From a virus: a DNA stretch of 64,000 bases. A program made the position numbers and the translations under genes. Location of the stretch: positions 14,720-78,719 of IMG/VR virus record IMGVR_UViG_3300035661_000045; one strand, written 5' to 3'. Shown piece by piece: positions 47,042 to 56,933 of the stretch. Position 1 is the first letter of the stretch. Each line of letters opens with the position of its first letter. The notes below the pieces were generated by a model that was not told the DNA's origin, made no database searches, and saw nothing but the letters and a program-made list of their open reading frames with translations.

Positions 47042-47407
47042 TTATTGATTAATCCAGTCTCCTGATTCTATAATATTCTCATTATTATATTCTTTACTGT
47101 TTTTCAGATAATAAATCCAACTTTTTAGTCCAAGATTCTTTAATTCAATTTCACATCTATCATAAAATGCTGGATATCCTTCATATTGATCAAGAATTCT
47201 TAAAGTATTTTTGTCGTTATCTTTAATCTTATATGTTTCAAAAACTAATTCATTCTTTTTTTTAGATTTTACTAATCCTGGAAATCCACCTAAATGTAAC
47301 ATTTTAAAGTTTACATTTTCTTTAGATATACCAATAAATTCAGTATTATCCATTTTATAATTTGCACCACATCCTTTTCGGAGTGTTCCATAAACACTTA
47401 AATACAT
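47042..47407 (-). CDS. Gamma-glutamylcyclotransferase (AIG2-like)
   Basis: VYGTLRKG, GGFPGL, LDQYEGYP..Y.R, IESGDW. Confidence 0.92.
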   Translation of the reverse strand: MYLSVYGTLRKGCGANYKMDNTEFIGISKENVNFKMLHLGGFPGLVKSKKKNELVFETYKIKDNDKNTLRILDQYEGYPAFYDRCEIELKNLGLKSWIYYLKNSKEYNNENIIESGDWINQ

Positions 47408-47426
47408 ATTTTTAGTTATTTATAAT

Positions 47427-47888
47427 TTATTGTTTTTTGTAATTTTCAGCTAATTCTTTAATTTCAAAGAAAGATAATTCATTATCAAATTTTCTAGACA
47501 TATCTGCTCTATAATATATATCTTGTGACTCTCTATAATTAAATCCATAGTCATGCATTTTTGGAGTGTGAAATACTATTTTTCTCACATCTCCACATGG
47601 TGTCATTTTTAAAGTATTTTCCTTGAATAGTTCAATTAAATGATAAGCTAATTCCTCTTCAGTAATTTTTTTAAATCTAGCTTTTACTATAAAAAATAAA
47701 TCATAAAAGCTTCTGTTTCTTCCTAGATAACATTGAATAGTTTTATCTTTATAGTATGAACCTTTAGTTCCATTTTTAAAATATTTTTCAAGATATTCTC
47801 TTACGTTCGTAATCTTTTTTGATTTACCACCCCAAAAGACTTTTAAATCTTCAAGATGTTTATATTTTTCGTATAATTCTGGTAACAT
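47427..47888 (-). CDS. Hypothetical protein, paralogue B
   Basis: Homologous to 46467-47030. Confidence 0.75.
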   Translation of the reverse strand: MLPELYEKYKHLEDLKVFWGGKSKKITNVREYLEKYFKNGTKGSYYKDKTIQCYLGRNRSFYDLFFIVKARFKKITEEELAYHLIELFKENTLKMTPCGDVRKIVFHTPKMHDYGFNYRESQDIYYRADMSRKFDNELSFFEIKELAENYKKQ

Positions 47889-47892
47889 AATT

Positions 47893-48903
47893 TTATTTTC
47901 TGTTAATTAAAAAATTAAATGTATTTTTAAATATTTCTTCTCCATGTTTTTGTCTAAATTGAAATGGGTCTTTTGATTCATAATACTCTGGTATTTCTAT
48001 TTGAATTAAATTATGTTTATCAGCTAATTCTTTTCCATATATTCTACCATAATTTTCTGGTTTATCAAAGTCATTATCATATAGTACAAAAACATTTTTA
48101 AATCTTGATTTAATCTGATCCATTACATTTCCTTTGAATGTTACAGATTCAGCTTGACCACTTGTTGATGGTATTCCAGTATTAGCCCATATAGTTAAAG
48201 CATCTTTTCTACTAGAAGTAATGATTATATTTTCACCAGATTCAGGTAGTTTATTCCATAAATCCCATACAGATCTATCGTGATTATTAAGCCATTTATA
48301 ATTCTCGCTAAATGGTTGATATATCTTATACGTTGGAAGTCCATCCTTAAATTCTATATAAGCATAGGCGTACTTTTCACACGAAATAATCATATTATTT
48401 CCATTCTTGGTTATAAACATATGAGATATGGGATGTATATCTCCAAAAGATAACCATTCTTCTGTTATTCCACCACCACCCCAAAATTCTAAATCATAAG
48501 TCCTTAACGGTCTTACTTTTACATTTATTTTGGATATTTCTGATTTATGAACAGAATTATTTTTTATTAAAGTATTATGTTTGATTTTTACTAATTCATT
48601 GCCTAATATCATTTCATTATAAACTTTTTGTAAGCATTCAAAGAATGTTAGTTTATACAAGTGCATAAGTAAATCAAATATTCCACCAGATTCTTTAGAT
48701 CCAAAATCATGGTATCTAATATTTCCATCTTCATTTAAACTTATACTAAATGAAGGATTTCTATCAGGTCTTAACGGTGAAAGTATTATTGTTGGCAAAC
48801 TATCTACTCCAATATAAAAGTTAAGTATATCTAATTCTGTTTTATAATCAAGAATGGAATTCAACGATATTTCTATCGTTGGGTATCCATTTGATATTGG
48901 CAT
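47893..48903 (-). CDS. dnaG: crAss-type DnaG-like primase
   Basis: SPLRPDRNPSF..YHDFG (degenerate Zn-binding domain), YKIYQPF...KW, TOPRIM IIITSSRKDAL and LYDND. Confidence 0.8.
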   Translation of the reverse strand: MPISNGYPTIEISLNSILDYKTELDILNFYIGVDSLPTIILSPLRPDRNPSFSISLNEDGNIRYHDFGSKESGGIFDLLMHLYKLTFFECLQKVYNEMILGNELVKIKHNTLIKNNSVHKSEISKINVKVRPLRTYDLEFWGGGGITEEWLSFGDIHPISHMFITKNGNNMIISCEKYAYAYIEFKDGLPTYKIYQPFSENYKWLNNHDRSVWDLWNKLPESGENIIITSSRKDALTIWANTGIPSTSGQAESVTFKGNVMDQIKSRFKNVFVLYDNDFDKPENYGRIYGKELADKHNLIQIEIPEYYESKDPFQFRQKHGEEIFKNTFNFLINRK

Positions 48904-48904
48904 A

Positions 48905-49321
48905 TTATTTTAATGTTTTAAGTACTTCATACAATCCAACTTCTAAAGCTTTTTCATATTTTTCATGTTTTTCCATTGAAAAAGAATCTAAGAACCAAAT
49001 GTTATTCAATATAAATCTATTCCATATAAATTTACACGAACTACTTCCATTACAATATGGTTCAACTATAATAATTATATTATGCTTTTCACGCAACCAT
49101 TTTTGCAATAAACTTTGTGTTGAAGCTGAATAAATTCCATCTTCAGTAATTAGTTCTCCATTATCTAATTCTTTAAAATTAAAATAATCACTAAAACAAT
49201 AGTCACTATGTTCTATAAAACATTCTTCTCCATCTTTATTATACCAAGAATCTTGAAATATATTAAATCCTTTTTCTTTTGCTAATTTAGCAGTTTCAAA
49301 ACTAATTAAAGTTTCTTTCAT
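48905..49321 (-). CDS. Hypothetical phage protein
   Basis: ISFETAKLAKEKGF...TQSLLQKWLREKH...YEKALEVGL pattern. Confidence 0.8.
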   Translation of the reverse strand: MKETLISFETAKLAKEKGFNIFQDSWYNKDGEECFIEHSDYCFSDYFNFKELDNGELITEDGIYSASTQSLLQKWLREKHNIIIIVEPYCNGSSSCKFIWNRFILNNIWFLDSFSMEKHEKYEKALEVGLYEVLKTLK

Positions 49322-49462
49322 ATTAATTTGTGTATTTTATTCAAAGTTCTACATATTTATTTCCTTCGATAACGTTTTTGAAATTGTTTTTATTAATACA
49401 TTTTACTTTCATTTTCTGTTATTTAAATTATTTGTTATTAATTAAAAATTGTTTTTATTAGT

Positions 49463-49590
49463 TGCGGTAGCAGGATTCGAACCTGCACGGATAAACCTGT
49501 ATGAGCTTTCGCTGTCACCAACAGGAGATGGGGGTTAATTCCTCTTTTCTATGTCCAACCTATGAGCGTCTACCAATTTCGCCATACCGC
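49463..49590 (-). ncRNA. tRNA-like RNA 1 (128 nt), no canonical anticodon arm
   Basis: Acceptor GCGGUA/UACCGC; Leu-type D arm GCGAAAUUGGUAGACGC; T arm GCAGG-UUCGAAU-CCUGC; ~79-nt central region. Confidence 0.8.
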
Positions 49591-49605
49591 TTCCTTAATT
49601 ATTTA

Positions 49606-50529
49606 TTAATTCCAAAAATCTGCTGGTGGTACATCTGTTGCATTTGCTGGAATGCCACTGTGCATTGCCATTGCAAATGGGTCGTCATCAATATCTGAGC
49701 TTGTCTTAGCTGGTCCTTCGAAAATTGTTGGTTCATTATTATAAATCCTAAATTTCAAATCCATTGGTCCAAAATCAACATTCAATTGTGATTGACGTTC
49801 AGAAATATCACGTTTAATATATTCAAGATTAGCTGTACCATATTTTAATGGTTTCTTTAAATACCAAGCTTGATATTGTTTGTTATCATCATTAGTACGA
49901 ACTCCACCAGCCAATAATACAATATTAGTTGGCTTACGTAAATTTACTACCGATACAAATTCTTTTATATCACCATTAAAATAATTTTTAATCTTTTCAA
50001 GTTGAATTTCTGCTTTACTTACATCTGGAATAACTTTATCTTTAAATGCACGATTAGGGATGCCAAGATATTGTTTAAGGAATCCTACTAATTCTAATTC
50101 ACCACGATATGCAGGACGCATTTTAGTTGTATTATACCATGCCATATTTTCTGGCACTGTATTCTTCTTAGCATCTTCTACTGGAATACAAGCATTTTCT
50201 CCATAAAGATTAAGCATATACACCTTGCTTTCATCTGAAGTATATGCTGGTTTATCTTCTAAGAAAAATGGTATTTTAGTAATAATTTCTTCATTACATC
50301 CTAATTTATCATTTATGACAGTTTTCATAATGAAGTCAATACGAATCTTTTTTACACCATTTTCATCGGCTGAAAGATATTCTGGCTCCTTTTCTAAATC
50401 CCTACCATAAATTTCTTCTAATTCTTTTTTTGATGGATTAACTGCTAATACCTTCATTGGTACTAAACCTGTCATTAATTTTGCTCCACCTTGTGTTTCT
50501 TTTGTCTCATTACCTACCGAAATACTCAT
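49606..50529 (-). CDS. Probable ssDNA-binding protein (crAss-type)
   Basis: KVLAVNPSKKELE...EPEY, RIDF; acidic DDDPF and DFW tail; replication context. Confidence 0.65.
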   Translation of the reverse strand: MSISVGNETKETQGGAKLMTGLVPMKVLAVNPSKKELEEIYGRDLEKEPEYLSADENGVKKIRIDFIMKTVINDKLGCNEEIITKIPFFLEDKPAYTSDESKVYMLNLYGENACIPVEDAKKNTVPENMAWYNTTKMRPAYRGELELVGFLKQYLGIPNRAFKDKVIPDVSKAEIQLEKIKNYFNGDIKEFVSVVNLRKPTNIVLLAGGVRTNDDNKQYQAWYLKKPLKYGTANLEYIKRDISERQSQLNVDFGPMDLKFRIYNNEPTIFEGPAKTSSDIDDDPFAMAMHSGIPANATDVPPADFWN

Positions 50530-50532
50530 CTT

Positions 50533-50721
50533 CTAATTGTTTTCTTTGTTATAATTTATCAACTGTTTATTTATCTCATCAATTTGACCATTTGTATAGT
50601 ATATTTGACTATTTAGCTGGTCTACTAACTTTTGTTTTTTAGCATAAAGTTTAGCTATTTTTGTATTTAGCTTAGTTCTATCCGATTCTAAACTTTTAAT
50701 AACTGAATTACCTATACTCAT
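50533..50721 (-). CDS. Small coiled-coil protein
   Basis: 62-aa heptad-rich ORF. Confidence 0.6.
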   Translation of the reverse strand: MSIGNSVIKSLESDRTKLNTKIAKLYAKKQKLVDQLNSQIYYTNGQIDEINKQLINYNKENN

Positions 50722-50810
50722 ACTGATTCAATTTCTTCTACTGGAATATAATGTCTACAATATATTAATTGTCCTTCAGAACTTCCTATGCAATAAAATA
50801 TATTCATAAT

Positions 50811-51545
50811 TTATTTTGTATAAAATGCATTTATCTTTGAAACAACATATCCTAAGTCATTTGGAATATATAATGGACAATCATCTAATGCACCCAATGA
50901 ATCTTTTGCTGGATATTCTCCATCGAAGTTAATCACAAACTCTTTTGTTGCTTTTTTATTTTGTTCATCCCATGATGATTTTCCATATAAAACTATGTCA
51001 AATTTACCTTCTGGTGTTATATATCCATCTACCATAGATCCTGTTGACTTAAATTTATATGAAATACTTTCATTATTTTTATCTTTATATTCTTCGTAAT
51101 GAGCTAATGCAATTAGGTTTTTATCTTCTGGGACTTTTTGAAGCGCATCGAATATAATACCCATTCCATAACCTATTTGTTTTGGAGTTTCCCATCCACC
51201 CTTCATTGCATTTGCCATATAAAAGTCTTGAGATAGATAATTAAAATCATCTATTACAATATTTTTATATGGAGATTTAGGTGATGATAACCATTTTATT
51301 AAATTAGCAACAACTGTATATCTTTCCAATCCAGGTATGTCTGAAACTTGAGTTCTATTTCCACTCATAATTCCTTCTGCCGTAGGAGCTGTTAAAATAA
51401 AGTTTCTGCTTGGTAAATTTCTATTAATACATTGGATTATAAATGTTTCTTTTGGATTTAATCCTTTTATTCCAAATTTTTCTCGCCCACAAATAGATGT
51501 TGTTTTTCCAAATCCACTCTTTGCGAGAACTAATATTTTTGCCAT
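50811..51545 (-). CDS. AAA_24/Sak4-like P-loop ATPase
   Basis: AKSGFGKTTS, IVIDDF, LAH, PEGKFDIVLY, PAK, IPNDL. Confidence 0.85.
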   Translation of the reverse strand: MAKILVLAKSGFGKTTSICGREKFGIKGLNPKETFIIQCINRNLPSRNFILTAPTAEGIMSGNRTQVSDIPGLERYTVVANLIKWLSSPKSPYKNIVIDDFNYLSQDFYMANAMKGGWETPKQIGYGMGIIFDALQKVPEDKNLIALAHYEEYKDKNNESISYKFKSTGSMVDGYITPEGKFDIVLYGKSSWDEQNKKATKEFVINFDGEYPAKDSLGALDDCPLYIPNDLGYVVSKINAFYTK

Positions 51546-52737
51546 AATTTTTCCTCTTCTCTTTTAATTCATCATTTTTATATAAAAACATTACAACCTT
51601 TTTAGGCTGTCTTATATTTTCTAACATAGAATAAACTTTTGCTATTCCTTTGTCATCATTTGGTAATGGTAATTCTCGTACATAATTTGTGCATCCATCA
51701 AAATACAAAGGGACTGTAACTCCACCACCACCTTCTCTGGAAACCATTATCTCCATAAATCTAATATTATCTCTAAATTTATCAACAGAATATCCCATAT
51801 AATCATGAATATCATGTCTAAATGGACTAAATATACCAAACATTACATTACAATCTCGTGAAGTTAACTTATTATCTCCGAGGTCTGCAACTGATGGTTT
51901 TAATTTACCTAGCTTTACATTTTCTGTTGATTCTCCAGCAAGTGATTGCTGTTGTATAATTACTGGAATATATTTAAAATCATCTCTCCATTTAATTAAA
52001 TACTTTGAAGATAATTTACTTATACTCTCATGAAGTCCCATCGACCTACCATTCTCAGATTCTGTAGTTATTAAACTTATATGGTCTGTAATAATAATGA
52101 CATATTCATCTTCATCGTTTGGAACATAATAATCTTTAACTTTTTTTCTGGTAATTGAACCGTCTATCTCCTTCCAATCAATTTCTTTATATTCCCAATG
52201 ACCATGTTCATTAGCATAATGTTTTATATATTCATGCATTCCTGTAGGATTACGAATATGTGAAACTATATCAACATGCTCTTCAAAGAATTTAAAGTAA
52301 TTTTTATATTCATCTGAATCTAAAATAGTCAATATCTCCTCACTTAAAGGACTATTACCTATAGTTGAATTTAAATCTCTCTGAGACACTCTAATCCTGC
52401 CTTTAGATAAAATGTATAGTAAATGACACATGAATTGCTTATATTTCTCTTCTGCACTAATTTCAAGACTAAAATATATGATTTTAATTCTTATTGTATT
52501 TGGGTTATTAAATGCATAAAAGAATGGATCATATAAAAACATTTTATCAGCAAATTGAGTCTTCCCAACTTTTTGCTGCGCCGAAATTAAATAGTATTTA
52601 GATTGCTCTATTCCAGGCCATTCTACTGAAAATCTTGGAAATGTGCATGGTATGCAATTTATCTTGCCAGATAATATTTTCTCTCGTCTTCTTTTAATAT
52701 CATTATAGACCCTATTGAATAACTTTATTTCCTCCAT
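51424..52737 (-). CDS. dnaB: DnaB-like replicative helicase
   Basis: QKVGKT, YFSLEIS, IITDHISL, IQQQ, RDCNVM.GIF.P, SREG...VPLYFDG. Confidence 0.85.
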   Translation of the reverse strand: MEEIKLFNRVYNDIKRRREKILSGKINCIPCTFPRFSVEWPGIEQSKYYLISAQQKVGKTQFADKMFLYDPFFYAFNNPNTIRIKIIYFSLEISAEEKYKQFMCHLLYILSKGRIRVSQRDLNSTIGNSPLSEEILTILDSDEYKNYFKFFEEHVDIVSHIRNPTGMHEYIKHYANEHGHWEYKEIDWKEIDGSITRKKVKDYYVPNDEDEYVIIITDHISLITTESENGRSMGLHESISKLSSKYLIKWRDDFKYIPVIIQQQSLAGESTENVKLGKLKPSVADLGDNKLTSRDCNVMFGIFSPFRHDIHDYMGYSVDKFRDNIRFMEIMVSREGGGGVTVPLYFDGCTNYVRELPLPNDDKGIAKVYSMLENIRQPKKVVMFLYKNDELKEKRKNYGKNISSRKEWIWKNNIYLWARKIWNKRIKSKRNIYNPMY

Positions 52738-53357
52738 TATACTAATTTACTAGTCCATAATTCATTTTGACTGTCAGATTTTACCTCATCTAAATTTTCA
52801 ATTATTGTCATTAAATCAGAACTTCCATCTTTTTCTATAAAATATATAATTGTTCTCATCAATTGATTACTATTTCCAAAGCTTTCTACATACTTTTTTG
52901 TGGCTTTCAATATTAGTTCATCATCATATTCTCCATATTTTTTAAAGAATGTTTTAAGTTTAGCAATTACATTTGATTTATTATCTCTCCAGTATTTGTT
53001 TGTTCCACTCTTTTTACCTTCTGGAAATAATAATTTCATTTGTTCTGCTAAATATTCTAATCTTTTATTGGATATTTTATTTTCAGTAATAGTTGTAACT
53101 TCGATTTCATTCATAAAGTTTAATCCCTCATCTGTAAGACAATATCCAACATCATTTTCTATTATAAATCCATATTCGAGAATTTGGGTTAAGTTTATAT
53201 TAATCTTAGTGTTAGGATAATACATAAGTATTAGCATAAACATATAAGAAGTAACACTTACTCCATATTCTCGAAGTTTGGATTTGTCGATTTGTAAAAT
53301 ATTATCTTGTGACATAATTGCATTTTGCTGTTTTATATCTTGATTTAAAATTTCCAT
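52737..53357 (-). CDS. Probable replication initiator/loader-like protein upstream of DnaB (true start may be MSQDN at 53314)
   Basis: wHTH-like N-terminal half; LFPEGKK.GT..YWR, ATKKYV, YFIEK; coupled to dnaB. Confidence 0.5.
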   Translation of the reverse strand: MEILNQDIKQQNAIMSQDNILQIDKSKLREYGVSVTSYMFMLILMYYPNTKININLTQILEYGFIIENDVGYCLTDEGLNFMNEIEVTTITENKISNKRLEYLAEQMKLLFPEGKKSGTNKYWRDNKSNVIAKLKTFFKKYGEYDDELILKATKKYVESFGNSNQLMRTIIYFIEKDGSSDLMTIIENLDEVKSDSQNELWTSKLV

Positions 53358-53628
53358 CTTTATATGAACTTTTCCATGATAATATTTTTGGAACTTTTAT
53401 AAGTAAGAAATCAATCCATTGTGTAAAACTTAGTCCAGCCTTATTAAAATTGTTATTCATATCTTATTCTCTTTTAATTTGTTTTTCATCAATTTCAATT
53501 AAATCTTCATCAAAAATTACATGTCCAGATTTAATTAAATTCCAGCACGATGCAGATGAATAATAAGCTAATTCCCATCCAATTTCTTCTGATTCAATTA
53601 TCCAATAATAACCAGTTTCTCTCATAAT

Positions 53629-53991
53629 TTATTCATTTATATATTTACCACATGGACTTTTATCATCATCAAAACAATAATTTTCAAGTAGATATTTATA
53701 TCCAATACATTTAAATTCTGTATGAATATTTGAATCATTGTAAGATATAATTCTCATAATTCCAGGTACTATATTGGATTTATCATAGATCCATCTATCC
53801 CTAAATAATAAATTATCTTCAAATTTAAATGGAACTAATTTTGGATCTGGTTTAATCCGATACTTAATTCCTGGATTCCAGTCTGGAAAAGCTGCCACTC
53901 GCCATTCTCCACTAAAAAGGTATTCAATAGTCTTTCCATTTGCAAATGCCTCTATAATTGGCAATAATTCTTTTGCTCTTGCTTTATTCAT
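53629..53991 (-). CDS. Hypothetical phage protein
   Basis: LPIIEAFANGKTIEY...YRIKP...PCG pattern. Confidence 0.75.
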   Translation of the reverse strand: MNKARAKELLPIIEAFANGKTIEYLFSGEWRVAAFPDWNPGIKYRIKPDPKLVPFKFEDNLLFRDRWIYDKSNIVPGIMRIISYNDSNIHTEFKCIGYKYLLENYCFDDDKSPCGKYINE

Positions 53992-53993
53992 AA

Positions 53994-55166
53994 TTATAAA
54001 TAGTTAATATATTCTTGTGAAATTGTATTAATAACATTTTGTAAATAATCTTCATCTTTTGTGTTTTTAAAGTATAGTACGTATATCTCTGGGAATTCAG
54101 CTCTAAGTCCTCTCCCTGATCGTTGCACAAAAGGTCTCTCAGTTCCATCTAATTGTCCTATAATAGCAACTTCTATATCAGTGAGATTAACTCCTTCTGT
54201 CATCATTTTAATGGCATAGAGAGAGTTTATTTGTTTTAATTGAAATTTATTAATAACGTTTTTTACTTCTTTCTTAGAATGAATACAATTATTACTTCCA
54301 ATTAATTCAGCTTGCTCTATACTTCCACAAAAACATATAAATCTTTTATTGTCTGATTCTAATACTTGGCATAGTTCTTTAATTTTATTGGTTTTACAAT
54401 CACTTAAATATTTCTTTCTAATTCCACCATATCTTAACCACCCAGTACGTTTATACATAGCAGCCTTATTATATTCTGCATCTATATAATTATACTTTTC
54501 TAATTGTGTACAATGTATAATTAAATTTAATGTAGGATATTTATTTTTAGCATAGATATATGCATTTCTTTGAAGATAGTCACAATGAATTTCATTTATA
54601 TTACGTCCTCTTTTAAATTCAATAATCTCTGACTTTTTAGAATTATCTAATTGTAAGGGAATTAAGTAAACTTTTGGTTTAGGTAATAATTCCATTTCAA
54701 TAGCTTCCTCCATAGATATTTCATAAGTATGAAATTTTCCAGCAACACGACTAAATACTTCTTTATCATTGTTGTCCATTGTTGCGGACAATCCTATAAT
54801 ATAATTAGCTTTAATTGTTGATAATATATACTCACGGTCATTTGAAATATGATGCGCTTCATCGAGTATTAATAAATCACATGATTTATTAGCATATTTT
54901 TTTAATGATGCATAACAAAAAATTTCAGTTTTTTCAAGAAGATATTCATATCCATGCTTAATATATTCATCTTTCCAATTCTGAATATGAGCTATTTCAG
55001 CTACAACTACAAAAGTTTTAGGATTATCTAGTTTGCTTTGTAAGTTGATAGATAAAAACGACTTACCCACTCCTGTAGCTAATAGCATGAGAATTGATGG
55101 TAAGTCATTAAATAGTTTTTCTGTATTAGATTTAATTAATTGTCTAGATTCTTCTTTTTTAGTCAT
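53994..55166 (-). CDS. SF2 (DEAH) helicase
   Basis: ATGVGKS, ILDEAHH, LSAT, EGVNL, QRSGRGLR. Confidence 0.9.
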   Translation of the reverse strand: MTKKEESRQLIKSNTEKLFNDLPSILMLLATGVGKSFLSINLQSKLDNPKTFVVVAEIAHIQNWKDEYIKHGYEYLLEKTEIFCYASLKKYANKSCDLLILDEAHHISNDREYILSTIKANYIIGLSATMDNNDKEVFSRVAGKFHTYEISMEEAIEMELLPKPKVYLIPLQLDNSKKSEIIEFKRGRNINEIHCDYLQRNAYIYAKNKYPTLNLIIHCTQLEKYNYIDAEYNKAAMYKRTGWLRYGGIRKKYLSDCKTNKIKELCQVLESDNKRFICFCGSIEQAELIGSNNCIHSKKEVKNVINKFQLKQINSLYAIKMMTEGVNLTDIEVAIIGQLDGTERPFVQRSGRGLRAEFPEIYVLYFKNTKDEDYLQNVINTISQEYINYL

Positions 55167-55878
55167 TAACTATATTTTTAATAACTTATTTGTTTAATCT
55201 TACCACATTTTTCACAGATTAATACTTCTGTAGTTTGTTCTATTCTATTGCCATTTATGGCAGTAGATGGATAAAGATTTTTTGCATGACTATTCCATTC
55301 GTGAGTGCAAAATAGCTTTTCAATAATTAATTTCCACATAATTTATTTATTAGTTTTATAAAGTTCGTATAATTCTTCGATTGTTTTGGCTATTAAATCA
55401 TTGTGAGTTATATTTCCATACATATAGCTATTTTTAACCCAAAATCCAGTGCGTGATGACTTATAAAATTGATTTAATCCAATCCAATTTATGAATCTAA
55501 TTTGTTCTTCTTCCATTTAATATAAAATAAGGTTGTTTATTCTCTCTTTCAATAATTCTTGAATTTTTAATTATATTTTCAGCTCGTTTTGGATTAGTTG
55601 AATTAATTAGATTTAATGTCTGCAACATGAATATTTTCATAATTTCAATAATTTTCAATTTTATAATCAGATACATGTCTCACTTCCATTAACAATATTT
55701 CCATTGCCTCATTATAATGTTTTGCTTTTATTTTAATTTCTATATTAGAATTTAAAATATTTATAAATATATACTCTTTCATATTATTTTTTATTTGAAA
55801 TTAAATTAAAGCGCTTTCACTTCACAGTTACTCACGCTTATCACTCTTTAAAAATTAAAATTACTTATGAAAAAAAAT

Positions 55879-56202
55879 TTATAATTCTTGATATGCAACT
55901 CCAAATCCTTCATCAAATCTTTCAACCCAAGCTTTTAATCGTTGTGGTTTACTCATATTTTTCCAAATGAATTCTTTGATAAAGAATGGTGCTTTGCTAC
56001 CAATCCATTCAGAAATTACTTCTTCGGAGATATTTGTTTTACGTACACATTTTGACTCTTCTTTTCCAAGATAAGTAATGTGTTTTGTTAATAAAGATTC
56101 TCCATGACGATGTTGAACATCTTCTTCTTTAATTACTGATTTACCTAATTGTCCTTGTAAATTTACTGTTAATACGATTCCATTATTCATATAATTATCC
56201 AT
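55879..56202 (-). CDS. Hypothetical protein
   Basis: 107-aa ORF. Confidence 0.7.
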   Translation of the reverse strand: MDNYMNNGIVLTVNLQGQLGKSVIKEEDVQHRHGESLLTKHITYLGKEESKCVRKTNISEEVISEWIGSKAPFFIKEFIWKNMSKPQRLKAWVERFDEGFGVAYQEL

Positions 56203-56314
56203 GCCCTTGGACTATTTAAAATGGCAATAAGGTTTTTATCCCCCAATCAGAAGATTTTCATGCATTAAGCTACTATTATTCACTTTGACTTAGAATATCT
56301 ACAAAAGATTTTGA

Positions 56315-56443
56315 TGTTATAGCCAGATTCGAACTGACATATGTTTGTAACTGATTATCCAACCAACAAACCCGATTTAGCCCAAATAGATAATCCATTT
56401 TTAGGGTTTAGTCAGGTGCGTTTACCAATTTCGCTATATAACA
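56315..56443 (-). ncRNA. tRNA-like RNA 2 (129 nt), homologue of RNA 1
   Basis: Acceptor UGUUAUA/UAUAACA; D arm GCGAAAUUGGUAAACGC; T arm GUCAG-UUCGAAU-CUGGC; expanded centre. Confidence 0.8.
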
Positions 56444-56749
56444 CTTTATAGATAAAGAGAAAATCGACTTCTCTTACCAATTTTCGTCCTATTAATTACA
56501 TAAGAACGATACATAGTGCTCAAATAATCCCCAGCAGTTGCTGCTGCTTTTATACAATACAATACTCATCACGTGGTAGAATATTTAATGGTTTTTTCAT
56601 TGCCAAAATATCGAGGGATTTGTTTTAAAAACCAATTTCAGGGATTGCAGTTCCAGTGGTACTTAGTTTTAAGACATCAAATCCTTAAATGAACTCTAAG
56701 TAATGGCTAAATAACAAACTAATCTCCTGCATGAGATTGATATAAATTA

Positions 56750-56821
56750 GAAGGTATTGGATTTAAACCAATAGACAAGTTTACGGCTTGTTACGCAATA
56801 TCCTATCAAATGATAACCTTT
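56750..56821 (-). ncRNA. Degenerate tRNA-like RNA 3 with a Tyr-like GUA loop
   Basis: AAGGU/ACCUU; UAUC..GAUA D-like arm; ACAAG-CCGUAAA-CUUGU; AUUGG-UUUAAAU-CCAAU. Confidence 0.45.
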
Positions 56822-56933
56822 ATATATGTCTGTTTGCTTCAATCTGAAATTGGTTTAAATTATAAAAAACAAGGCGATTCAGCTTATATAGAATCTTTAA
56901 ATAGTGTGCTCGCTTACCTTATTTTTATTTTAT

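Noticed and set aside
49515-49550. UUA at the hairpin apex of RNAs 1 and 2 as an ochre-suppressor anticodon
   Set aside because: Loop geometry is non-canonical, and TAA is the main stop codon of this genome.
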